From assembly GCA_012295275.1 (NCBI GenBank), contig CM022672.1, forward strand, positions 26,474,001-26,538,000: DNA of 64,000 nt, in the 5' to 3' direction. Shown piece by piece: positions 10,639-23,378 of the stretch; the first letter of the stretch is position 1; each line of letters starts with the position of its first letter. The DNA comes from Chrysomallon squamiferum (lineage: Eukaryota; Animalia; Mollusca). Both the position numbers and the translations under genes were made by a program. A model generated the notes under the pieces. The model did no database searches. It worked only from the letters and a program-made list of their open reading frames with translations, and had not been told where the DNA came from.

Positions 10639-12435
10639 GTATCTTTGAAACAAATCGCAGATACTGACAAATCCGTGTCTGATCTCACCTCGGTCTTCGG
10701 CTTCCGGCTTTTATTTTAAATTTGCCAGTTAATCATTCGTCTGTGAAAAAAGAGCAAAATGATGTAAGCGAGTTGCTCGTGTTATGTTTGCGAATTAGTA
10801 CTGCTTCATTTGCTACATTTACTTGTTAATCTTTTCCACATTATTTGCTTCTTGGAACACAAATATACCGTTATGAAGGTGTGTTCTCAATGGTTTGTTC
10901 GTTATTAGTCAGTTTTCAAAAGTAAATGTACCAACAAAATCTGGTTTAGTTATCTCCAGTAACCCATTTCCATCATAAACTCTTTAGCAAACATAGCTTC
11001 TCATATAAAACATTTTATTTAAACTGATTATGATTTTTTTTTTCTCACAAATAGTATATACATATTTTTCTAAGCCAGTAACGTAGACAATATATCCTTA
11101 TCGTAAAGTTTTCCAAATCAGTCGTATTGAGAAAAGAAACGTTTCATGAGTTCTGGCTTAATTATTTGTTGTTGTTCCTCAAATTTCCTTCAACACTGGC
11201 AGTACATAATTTGATAAACCTTTTCTGAAATATTTTCTGAGTATTTTTCTTACGCATGTAAAATTAATTTCAATTTGGGCATTATTCAAGTGATATTTTC
11301 ATACCGAATAATTAGTGGCTTCTGCATACTAACAGTCATTTTGAAATGAGCATCTGTTATAAAAATATAAATTCACAACTTTATCCAGATTTATGTTAAA
11401 AAGAAGCATAGGTATCTTGTCTAAATATCTAAAATTATAATAATTTAGATGGATGAAATAAAACGGTTTCTTCTGGTGTCACCTTTATTCATCACTTAAT
11501 TCGTATGTTAAAACTTGTTTTTGTGTTTTAAGACACAAACACAAGCAAATATACAACACCGATACATACTCATACACACACATACGCGCACATAAACACA
11601 CAAATTCTTTAAAAAGTAATGCAGTGAAGAAAGGGGGGATAATTAATCTAAATTCTTTAATACATTTTATATGATATTATTTCTGACTTTTTATATTAAG
11701 CTCTTTCTGACGCTAACTCTGAGTCATGTTTAGAAGTTAGTCTTGCCAAAATACTTGCCATTAACCGCCAAATTATCAATCACTTATCAGGAGTCAATAT
11801 TTTAACAAGCGATAATTGAAGTCAAATAAAAGTCAATGGTAACACTCGTTTTGTTCGAGTTCCCGAAGACTACAAATAATTTTAAACACGTGACTGTTAC
11901 TACTCGGGTTAACAAGACTATTGATAACAAAAATATGGTCAACTGGAAACAAGTTAGTTTCAGATCTAATTGGTTAATATACGTCTAACAAACATCAATT
12001 AACCCTTTAAACTGCCGTCAGCAGTAAAGATAGCCCAAAACGTTTCGTAAACACAAGTATGTTAGATGTATTATATATATGTGTGTATGCGTATATATAT
12101 CAGTGTGTGTGTGTGTGTGTGTTATCGGGTTTCAATATTAAATATTTGATTGAAACTATACTTTATTTCAGGTAAAAAAAGAAAACCCTGTAACTAAAGT
12201 ACGTAGATGTGAGTTTAAAATTCGATATACATGTATATAATATTGTTATATACAATTATTTATTTTAATACATGCATTTCGAAAGAGTGAGTTTCAAACT
12301 ATGTTTCTCTCCTGTTGTTTGAAAATATTGCCAAAATATATTAATACTTTTGTATTTATTATTATGTATATATTAAATATATGTTACTGTGTGCATGCGT
12401 TAATAAAATGTTTTCACAAATAAAAATTAAATATA

Positions 12436-12522
12436 AGCCTCCGGCGGGACTCGAACCCGCAGTCCCCGGCTGTCACTAATTACTCTAGGAGGCCGATGCC
12501 TTATCCATTAGGCCACAGAGGC
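12436..12522 (-). tRNA. tRNA-Arg(CCT) with 14-nt intron GAGTAATTAGTGAC (copy 2)
   Basis: The reverse complement gives the same cloverleaf as copy 1, 73 nt mature, with A and B boxes intact. Confidence 0.93.
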
Positions 12523-12753
12523 GCTGTGTATTTTTGTTCTTGTTAACGATAACATGTAGTAATTATAATAATTCTGAAGACCAGTAACAAACCAATAACA
12601 AACCAGCAACATAACGCTGAAGTATGGAGAATGTACTGGTTGGGGATCCGAAAAGCTTCGAAATCTGAAAGGTTTTCGAGCAGCCGAGATTGTGATACTA
12701 CAAGCTTTCCGACTTGATGTAGCGTTCAAAAACCTTATTTTATGCACAGATTA

Positions 12754-12754
<1 letters not shown>

Positions 12755-12813
<59 letters not shown>
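12755..12813. repeat. (AAT)n microsatellite
   Basis: Direct reading. Confidence 0.95.
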
Positions 12814-12814
<1 letters not shown>

Positions 12815-13279
12815 TTCCGGTCTCAAGTACTTCGGATAAAATATCTTATTCCTGTATTAAACTATTACCTGGTATCACATAAAGGTATACTTTTAGTTAT
12901 TAAATAAGGAAATAACAAAGCAAGAGATAGATAATTGTGTATGACGACACGACTTTGTTCTCGTTCATTCTAAATATGAAGGTAGATCTCTTCTGTTTAT
13001 TAATTTACTTGTTTTCTACTAAATATGTTGTTGTTTTAAGCAAGCAGTTCTTTATAATTATTTGTTTTTACTTTATTTCTGATTTTTAATAATTACATTT
13101 GTCTTCTTCCTGTTATCCTGCATTTTGAAAGTGTGTTTTCTTGTTTTGTTTTGGAGATTGTTGATGTCATCACCGAAAGTGGCTGTATCATACGTACATC
13201 TAAAACATATTACATGCAATGTGATAAAATACCAACATTCATATATATTTGCACACATACATAAACAAATACATGTATA

Positions 13280-13375
13280 CGTATGTATGTATATATATGT
13301 ATGTTTGTATAAATACATATATATATCCATATACATAAAAACATAAACATATATATAACTATATACAGATATATG

Positions 13376-13433
<58 letters not shown>

Positions 13434-13536
13434 ATATATATATGTATCTGTTTATAGTTATGTATATGTTTATGTTTTTATGTATATGGATATATATATG
13501 TATTTATACAAACATACATATTTACTTACATACACG
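13280..13536. repeat. Long inverted repeat (~95-bp arms) around an (AT)n core, followed by (TACA)n to ~13627
   Basis: TATGTTTGTATAAATACATATATATATCCATATACATAAAAACATAAACATAT is mirrored by its reverse complement at ~13460-13520. Confidence 0.85.
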
Positions 13537-16500
13537 GAAACGTACATAGAAACATACATATAAGCATACATACATACATACATACATACATACATACATA
13601 CATACATACATACATACATACATACATTGATACTTAATTAGATGCATACAAAAACAAACTCATGTAATGGTGAACTTCAGATATTTATTAGCAGAAAGAG
13701 ACATTACAGCAGACTGTGTGAAAGAAGATGTCTGAGAAAATAATTATACGTTTTTAGTTTATATTTAATGATACACATATAAAAGTAATTTTCAGTAGTA
13801 TTCAGCGTACCAGTAATTCCTCTTGTAATTTTAAACACTGCTTTTCCTGTAATAAGATGACAATTCATTTTCAGACAAACTGAATACATTTAAAAGGTAA
13901 ATAAAACATCTCTGAAGTATTTAAATTAAAACTGTATTAAAAATCAATGAATAATCAAAATAAAAAATGTCAATTTGTACCACCCAGAATTATCAACCCT
14001 GCAGATTCAGGGACGGAAATCGAATGTCTTTCTAATCATTTTTTTTTTTTCAATTATGATATTTATTTGTAATTTATTTTATTTTTTTATTTTTGCTGAA
14101 ACTGATTTAACTTGATAGTTATATCCATTGTAATAACGACATCACTCAGTTTGAGATATTCTTGTTGGCCGCATGATAAATAATCCTCTTCCTTTATTTT
14201 GAAGAAATCCAAAAGTCAGATTTACGAAAGCAGAGATGAAGTTGCAGTACTTAATAATACGATGGATCCGGAGAGATATGTATTTCCTAAAAAAAATAAA
14301 TGAAAATATCTTTGCATAATATATATATATAAACAAAGAGAAAATTTACAAAAAGAAAATAAGTACAAAACAAGATGAATCACAGTTTACCACAATTTCA
14401 TTGACCTAAAAAATGTAGCCTATTCTCTGTTTGCCAGTTTTTATACTGTAAACTTACATATTATTATGAAATTCATATTTTGTGCTGATAAAGTCTACAG
14501 TATATTATAATAGCCTCTATTTTAGTAACAGTAATAGTAATGAAGCAGTAGTGGTAGTATATATAATTATTACTCTTTCATTTAAACACCCAAAATTATT
14601 GTAATTCGACTTATTATTTTTCTAAAAGTCTTTGCGAATAAACCATTTCGTAACTACCTATGATCAGTTACTCAAAATTATTGAAGTCAGTATATATTAA
14701 TAAATTAATATTAAATACTGCCTTAAAATTGAACTATATAAAACAAGAGTTACCAGTACGCTTAGAATGCTAGAAATATCACTCTATATTTATTACAGCT
14801 GAATTTTGTAATCCATGTTAGTGTAATGTCTTTGAATCCGTATTAAATTTACCTTATTAAACATTGATTGCAAATATCAACACCACTGCAGCGACTATTT
14901 GAATCATCGCTCTAGAGACAGAGAAGTGTCGTAGCGTATCCTCGCCGGATTTCTTTTTTTTACACTTCTGACAGATGTTTGACGTCATCACTCGATCGGT
15001 GAATTCAGTCTCAGAACGTGACGAGCGTTTTCCAGTGCCTTTCTTCTCTTTGACTTCCAAGCTACGTTCTTTTCCACCTTCTGCGAGATGTTAGTCTTCA
15101 GTGACTGCGTACACATTAAATTTTGCAGTTGTTTGAGGTAGAAATGAGTCTGTCTATGAATATACATTCTAAAGTAATTACACTAAACAAATCCTGTTAA
15201 CTTTTCAGTTGATTTTAAAACAAGAAAAACTCTTGCTTAAAAGATGATTGACCATAGCAAATTATTCTGAATATGCGTTTTTAAAACACATCGTCAACAT
15301 TTATATACGCTGTCTGACCGACTTCGTCAGTCGGTTCTTGACCTTTTGCCAGAGAATGTAATACCTGAAAGAAATTACGTACACGAAGCGTAAGTTACAA
15401 ATTAACGATCGCCGCGTGCGGCCAAGCAGCAACATTGGTTTCAGTGTAATTAATTGACCGCGTTTTTTTTTTCCATTGCTCAGTTGAACGTCTTACATAA
15501 CAAGCAATTTCTGACCAGCTAATAACGTGTCCTCATTGTCAAAACGACAAAGTAGGTTACCAATCCGCATTTTCATCTTTATGAAAATATGTTAGCTAAA
15601 GCTATTTAGAGTACTTCTAAGCTGATATAAAATTGAATTTAATCTGGACATCTGGTTTATTATTATTTGTATGATATAACGGTGAATAGAATTAATTTCC
15701 AGATTTTCTTTTCTGAACGCCATATTACAACAATTTTTGTCGTTAGGAAGTCAGTGAAAACTAAAATATGTGGGCAGTTTTTTGAAATTAAACTTTTATT
15801 CTCTTTGCTATTCATGTTTTCAAAAATTTATATATTTTACTGTTATTAATACCCAGTACTGCATCAGCTGATATTAATCTTCTCGAGTATGAAAGAAAAA
15901 CAAGAAATGCATCTAAGTAATAATTACCAAATGTTCCTTCTCTGAAAACTAATATTTTGAGATCCATTCTATTATTTGTTAACATTTAATTGAGATAGTA
16001 TTTTAATTTAATAAATTGCTTATAATTAGATAATACAGATTTTACATTTACGAAAAAAATGTAATGAAGAATCAAAAGTTATAATGCATTGCTTGCACTT
16101 TGATCCCAGTTTCATATATTCAAAGGAAATTTGGTCTTCTTCAGTTGAGTGCGTATCACATCAGCTGAAAATACTTGCTAAAATAGAATTAGCTTTTATT
16201 CTCCCAGGGCGTATGCCAACAGTCACAGTGTATCCGCGTGCAAAAATCTGCAATGGCGGATGCAGAAAGTAAAAAAAAAAAAAAAAAAATTGTACAGACT
16301 ATAAAAGAATGCTAATCAATCTCCCGGAGCCTCAGTAACTGCTCTGAACCATTTTTTTCTGTTTATCATTTTATTTTCAAAAATTGTAATTTTGCATTTT
16401 ATATTATCCAGTTAAAGCACTGTTCACATTTTTCTTCCGTGTAAACTGACCACACATAACTTTATTACGTGCTCATTTCATTGATGGTGAAAATCATTAT

Positions 16501-16659
16501 TTCAGGAGAAAATTATTTTAGTAAAGTCATTAGAACTTTTATTTATTCATTTATTGTTTTTGTTGGTGCCGCTGCTTTTATTTTTATTATGATTACTGTT
16601 GTTGTCACTAACATACAGAGTTTGAAATGTTAAATACGTTTATTTCTGTTCACAGTATT

Positions 16660-16799
16660 TTATAAGTGTAAAGGTGGAGGAGTTGGAAAAGCTGGTCCTG
16701 GTGTAGCTGGTCCTGGTGTAGCCGGGCCCACAGGATCTGAAACAAAATTACTAACAACATGAAAATGTATATGTATGTAATTATGATCTTTACTACTAC

Positions 16800-16861
<62 letters not shown>

Positions 16862-17869
16862 GTGTATTATTAGTAGTATCTACTGCTAAGACTGATTAGT
16901 TACTGAATTTTTCTTTTCTGAATAGTAACGCACAGAGAAACACTTGAACTTGCTCAAAACTTTTTCATACAAAAAACAAACAAAAAACCCCTAAAATCAA
17001 TAATAATAATATCCCCTCCTCCCAAAAAAATAAAATAAAAATAAATAAAAACAAAATAAAAACAAAAAAACAACTATATAAATTAATGGTCATTTGCGAA
17101 AAATTTAAATTACTTGAATGGCAAAATCCACAAAACTTTCGGCAGTTGTCTTCTGCCCACATCTTGTAAGCGGGATTAGAACACGAGTCTTTAGAATACC
17201 GGCTACAATTGGGGATTTTATCTTTACATAACGCAGGCGGAGTCGGAATACCTGGATAAAATCATATAAATCAAAGTTATGCTTGTGTGTGAATCTGTAT
17301 TTGTGTGTGAATCTGTGTTATGCTGTGTTTTCATTTCGTTTGTCTTTTACAAACAATAAGCGAATCTTTGGATGAAACCTCTGTTAGAAGTATACACTCA
17401 CCTTTGCAAAATCCACAGAAATTAGGACAGTTGGATTTAGCCCAGCCAACGTAACCACCCTTACAGGCATACTGTCCATACATTTCGCAGTTCACCTTGT
17501 CAGTGCACACTGAAAAACGCTGAAAACTTGTGAAAACTGTTTAAACTTGACAGCAATACGCGTCTACATGTAAATGTATAGCTAAATTATCGAAATGAAC
17601 CACATATGTATATGTATATTAATAAAATATTATTTTCTCTTACATGCTGGCGGTACAGTGGTTGTCTGGGCATCAAGCATTGCTAAAATATTTGCTGTGG
17701 AAACAAAAGAGAATCTATTAGTAAATTTAAAAAAATATCATCTAATTGTCTATACCGCCCAAATATATTTACATAAATAAATTTAAACTCATCCCCCACA
17801 AAAAAAAAAAAAAATTAACAGTTAAAATAATAACTAAAAACCAGCTAACAAACAAACTAATTAACTATG

Positions 17870-17904
<35 letters not shown>

Positions 17905-18247
17905 AATAAAATATAATATAAAATATAAAAATAGTTTATAAAAAGAAAGAAAAAGAACTTACTGAGTAGATCAACAGATCGAATATAGAAATCCATTGTC
18001 TAATTATTTAAAGCAAAAATTTTGTTATTAGAATTAAATATTAATGATTTTTACGTGGACAAAGTCTGCAGTATCGTCTGCACTTGGTCTCCGCCCAGTT
18101 TTTGTACAGTGGGTTCGTGCAGGCTGACTTGTCATACGAGTTACAGTTCGCTAACACATCTTCACATTGTGGAGGAGGCGAAGTTGGTCCTGAATGAGAT
18201 TCATAGAACTTTTATTTAAACAATTAATGAACAACAATTAATAAACA

Positions 18248-18337
<90 letters not shown>

Positions 18338-19924
18338 TAGATAGACATAGAAACAGGTGTATTATAATATATATAGATATTTTGTTTGCCAACAATATAT
18401 ACAATAACGATGAGGCACTTGATCGAACTGTATGGACATTAACAATATATCTTTGTATTCAGGAAACCTTGCACTGATATTCAGATAATGGCTGACTAAA
18501 TAATTTTAAAAGTCTAAGATCATCGATTCGTAAAAAAGAAAAAATATTTATAGTTTTAATCATTATAGCACTTTTCAGTAACTGTTTATCAGCCTTCGTG
18601 GCCTAATGGATAAGGCATCGGCCTCCTAAAATAGATCAAGTGTCAGCCGGGGATTGCGGGTTCGAGTCCCGCCAGAGGCTTTGTCTTTTATTATTATTAT
18701 TATTATTTCTTTTCAGTTTAAATTAGTAGTATTGTTATTATTCTTTTGCTTTTTTTTTAATACTTGTAGGACAAATTAAATTTCTATCAACAAAACGAGA
18801 TTTGAGCTCTGATTACAGTGTACAGACTGAATAAATATTTGAATATCAAATTATTATTAGTATTATTTATTTGATTGTTTGTTTGTTTATTTATTTATTT
18901 TTAGTGATTTATTTATATATTTATATACATTTAATTTACATGCCTCTGTGGCCTAATGGATAAGGCATCGGCCTCCTATACTTTATTGTGCGTTAGCCGG
19001 GGATTGTGGGTTCGAGTCCCACCGGAGGCTCATATTTTATTTATTTGTCATTAATTTTTTCAGAAAATATTATTTATTTTAATGACAAAATTGATATATT
19101 TTTATATAATTTGTATTTTATAAGTTTATTAACATAATTTAAATTTAGAGTTTTTTAAACATAATTTAAATTGTATAAACAGTTTTAACACGCAGCGTTA
19201 AGAGAAAGAATATTGCTTATAAATGGACGATTATTTATAATGGTTCTCTAGGTTTAGATTAGAGAAAGCCCGATTATGATAATGAACAAAAACAGAATAT
19301 TATTCATATAAATAATACAATGAATCATCATATGTATACAGACCGACACTACGACCTTTAATCGAAGTAATAAAACAGAAGCCTTCGTGGCCTAATGGAT
19401 AAGGCATCGGCCTCCTAAACTGTGTTATTTACAGCGAGTGTCAGCCGGGGATTGCGGGTTCGAGTCCCGCCGGAGGCTTAAATTTTTTTGTTTTTTTGTT
19501 TTTTAGTATACATTTTAAACAGATTATTTCATTTATAATTATTTTATATTAATTAATTATTTATCTTATGAATATTATTTTTTGGGGAAAGAATTCAGTA
19601 CCGGCTATAATGAAAAATACTACTGATTAAGAGTCGGGGATATTTTGTGTATTACTTTCTTAGCCTTTGATATACAGTCACTGTGCAATGACTGAAAGAG
19701 GTTTCGTATGCAGGATTCTATTAATTTGTTCATATCTAAAACGAAAAAACCCCCAAAAACAAACAAAACCAAAACCAAAAACAACAATCCAAATAAAAAA
19801 TACTATCGCAAAAGGCAAATAAAAAAAAAAAAAATAAAAAATAAAATAAAATATAAACAATAAAAACCAAAAACCAAAACCAACATCAAACAAAAGAAAC
19901 AAAAAACACCCCAAACCAAATAAT

Positions 19925-19957
<33 letters not shown>

Positions 19958-21014
19958 AATATAATAATAATAATAAAAAATTATAATAATATAAAATAAT
20001 AATAATAATAAAAAAAAAAAAAATAAAAATTATTATGAGGTTGTAGATGGATGGGACCTAACAAAGATAAAAAACTGCTGGCAGGATTATTATTCGTATT
20101 AGGATACTTTTCTTTTTCATTTTTTTTTTTTTCTTTCTTTCTTTTTTTTTTTTTTTTTTTTTTGTAGTTAAAGAAATAATATAAACTTATAAATGAGAAC
20201 AAACAATCACCTCTAGTAAAAGAAATTATATTCTGTCATATTAATTGAGTTTTATTTTAATGTTCTGCTTCTGGTTTTTTTTAAAATTATTATTATTTCA
20301 CCATGACAAAAAATAACCAGCCTCTGTGGCCTAATGGATAAGGCATCGGCCTCCTAGAGTAATTAGTGTCAGCCGGGGATTGCGGGTTCGAGTCCCGCCG
20401 GAGGCTCAACTTTTTAACCTATTATATAAAAATAAAGAAATAATAATAATAATAATAATAATAATGTAAAAAAATTAAAAAAAAACAAAAAAGAAAGAAA
20501 AGATAATTGAAAATTTACTAAAAGAACTTTCACTACTAATTAGCTAGGTAAGAACAATTACACATGTATATTTTAAATCAGACGAATACATTTTGATATA
20601 AGCAAAATTTTCATTTACTTTTGACAATTAGAAGGATATAAATTTAAAGTCTTACCTATGCAAAACTTGCAGAAGTTCTTGCAATTCTTTTTCGCCCATG
20701 GAATATATTCCCCTGTACATGCTGACTGTCCAAACAGTTCGCAGTTGTCCAGTTTGTCCACACAGGCTGCCGCAAAATACATATGTAAATATCTTACATT
20801 TGGATTATATATATATATATTAAATGTCTCTTTCTTTTTTCTTTTTTTTTCTTTTTTTCTAACAACATCAATAGCACAAATAAGGAGTAATAATAAATAA
20901 ATATAAAATCACTAAAATTACTAGTGAATCTAACTGTAAAATGGAACTGGACTTAGTATTACTTGTAGCAAAGAAAAATAAATAAATAAATATTAATATC
21001 AATATTATTAATAA

Positions 21015-21063
<49 letters not shown>

Positions 21064-21218
21064 TAACTGAATATGGTACCAACTGGGATCAAATCCTGCT
21101 GACGCTGGGTGTGGTGTCGGTGGTGCTGGTGTGGGGGACCCGGTGTCACAAAGTGAAGTTCAAACTGAGCCAGTATTTGGGACACGAGAGCCAGGAAAAT
21201 GGCCAAACGCGTGTTCAT
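16660..21218 (-). CDS. Secreted protein with four ShKT (ShK toxin-like) domains, 252 aa. Exons 21218-21080, 20766-20656, 18189-18055, 17694-17644, 17509-17402, 17251-17114, 16736-16660
   Basis: Signal peptide MNTRLAIFLALVSQILA and a His-rich linker precede four 6-Cys modules, e.g. CVDKLDNCELFGQSACTGEYIPWAKKNCKNFCKFC and CKDKIPNCSRYSKDSCSNPAYKMWAEDNCRKFCGFC. The tail is Pro/Thr-rich (GPATPGPATPGP). All introns are GT-AG phase 1, and the exons total 759 nt. Confidence 0.92.
18254..18345. repeat. Compound (AC)n-(GATA)n microsatellite
   Basis: Direct reading. Confidence 0.9.
18592..18680 (+). tRNA. tRNA-Arg(CCT) with 16-nt intron AAATAGATCAAGTGTC (copy 3; C6:A67 acceptor-stem mismatch)
   Basis: Cloverleaf with intact A and B boxes. 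The acceptor stem GCCTTCG/CAGAGGC has one mismatch. Confidence 0.85.
18942..19030 (+). tRNA. tRNA-Arg(CCT) with 16-nt intron TACTTTATTGTGCGTT (copy 4)
   Basis: Cloverleaf intact, with a compensatory T-stem change GTGGG/CCCAC. Confidence 0.93.
19381..19478 (+). tRNA. tRNA-Arg(CCT) with 25-nt intron AACTGTGTTATTTACAGCGAGTGTC (copy 5)
   Basis: Cloverleaf intact, 73 nt mature, with an oligo-T terminator downstream. Confidence 0.93.
20320..20406 (+). tRNA. tRNA-Arg(CCT) with 14-nt intron GAGTAATTAGTGTC (copy 6)
   Basis: Cloverleaf intact, with a T-run terminator 4 nt downstream. Confidence 0.93.
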
Positions 21219-23378
21219 TGTTAAATGAAATGACTAAATATAGTGACCAAACATGATAACAGAGGTCTGAAGTAATGTTGTTATCTTTGGAGATTTCCAC
21301 CTGACACAGTGCAAGATAACACAAAATGGTAGGAAATGTATATATGTATAAAAAACCTTCCAAAATATATAAAATATTATACAAATAAAAAAATAAAAAA
21401 AATAGCCCCAAAATAGGTTTACGTTAAGTGTTACGTGCAAACTGTTTGTCTGAAATGACAAAGAGAAATATTGTCTTTATTTATTTATTTATTTTTATTT
21501 TTTTTCATTTTTTCATTTTATTAGTATTTTTTTAAAATTTTTTTTAACCTACCTGCAGATACACTACATATATATCTTTAGATTTATGGTTTGACTCCAG
21601 TCAGATGCTAACTTTTTATTTATTATTATTTATTATAAAAGCATAGAGCAGTGCCTGGCACGTTTAAACACACCACTAGCAGACTCACATCCTGTTACAT
21701 TTGATGACGCATATGTGTAAAATCATACTGAGGAAGAACTGCTATATTTGTAATTAGTATATATAATATAAACAAATTTGGATTGATTACACCTTAAAAT
21801 AACTCATTACATAATTCAGAAATAAATTAGCAATTGCCTGAAGCGTTATAGCCTTGACGTGAATGCATTTATGATATATTTTAGTTAAGTCAGAATTAAA
21901 TGAAACGTGAATGGCATTTGAAAAATACTTTCGATTTGCAATAAATTGACATACATGCACTAAAGAATAATCTTATCATTTAAGTTAAATTTATTAGTGT
22001 TGTTCCAAACTGGTTTTAACAGAAACGTTGATATGAACTTCAGGATAATATACTTCTCTATCTGTGTAAAGGTACATATGTATTTGCATATTAAAATTTG
22101 TATAAAATGGTGGTTGTCTCAAATAAATGATGTTTAGATGATTAAGTGAATTAAACAACAGAGAGAAAATGGAATTATGGTGAAAACCTAAGATGAAATT
22201 AGCCAGGTGTTTTTATTTCGTCAAGGTCTACACAGTTTGACCACCTCAAATATTATACCAAAGGTTCTTTGGTTTTAACTTTATTCATGGGTCATCAGTT
22301 ATTGGAGAAAAAATAAAAAATAAAAAAAAAATCTCCCAAAATCTGAATCCGGGAAAATAGGTAATTTGTATAATTTTAAGATGGCGACTTGCTCAAATTT
22401 TAATGTCCTACAAACTTTTAAATGATTCAGTTTAGATCCCGTAAATGTACTACAAAAAAACACACAAAAAAAACAAAAAACAAAACATGATTCAACAGTA
22501 TCGAAACTGTTCTGAGACTTTGTGACCTGACTATCAGTAGTGTACCTCATCTTACTTTACTAAGTAAACACCATATTATAACATGTAATGGAAATTATTA
22601 GAACTGGATTAAAATACGTTCAAATACATTTCCTTCAAACTTTATGAAAGGGTATTAATGCTAGCAAATTTAGATAAATGAAAGTATGTTTGTGGGAAAG
22701 CTAGATCATCAATAAGTTTGTTCTCACTGGCGATGGTAAACCAGCTTTGAAACATTAGTTTGCATTGATATTGTAGAACCTTTCCGATTCCGTACAGACC
22801 GGAATTTGTTTTTTTTTTTTTCAAAATTCAAATTGGCTTCCCTGTAATATTGTCCACACAAATAAAAAGTAATAATAATAATATAATCGCTGAAGGTAAT
22901 TTTTCAACCCCCTTATTTATACATTATCTTGGTATAATGTATTCCCACATAGTTGCATTTAAACATGTTTACTTTTTCTTAAATAACAGATGCCTATATT
23001 TTTATTGTCAGCCAATTACATAAAAAGATGTATTGCCACTAGTTTAGCATATATTAAATGTATGAAAAATATTTCTGAACCCTGCATAGTGAGTTTAAAA
23101 ATACTAGAATATATTTTATGTGACAAAATAATAATAATAATAAAAATAAATAAATAAAAGAAAAAGAATGTTTTACTATAGGAATATTCTGTCTTGTAAT
23201 TGTTAAGTCCTTTCTTCATTCATAATTTCTGGTGACCTGAAGAACTGAAATCCTAGGAAATTTTCTCCTTTGTTTGAAATGTAATATATAAAATATTATT
23301 CCATCAATATTTTCTTTCATTATTTAAATACTGATGTCAAAATAAGTCATATTAACAAAAGGATGATTTATATATTTA

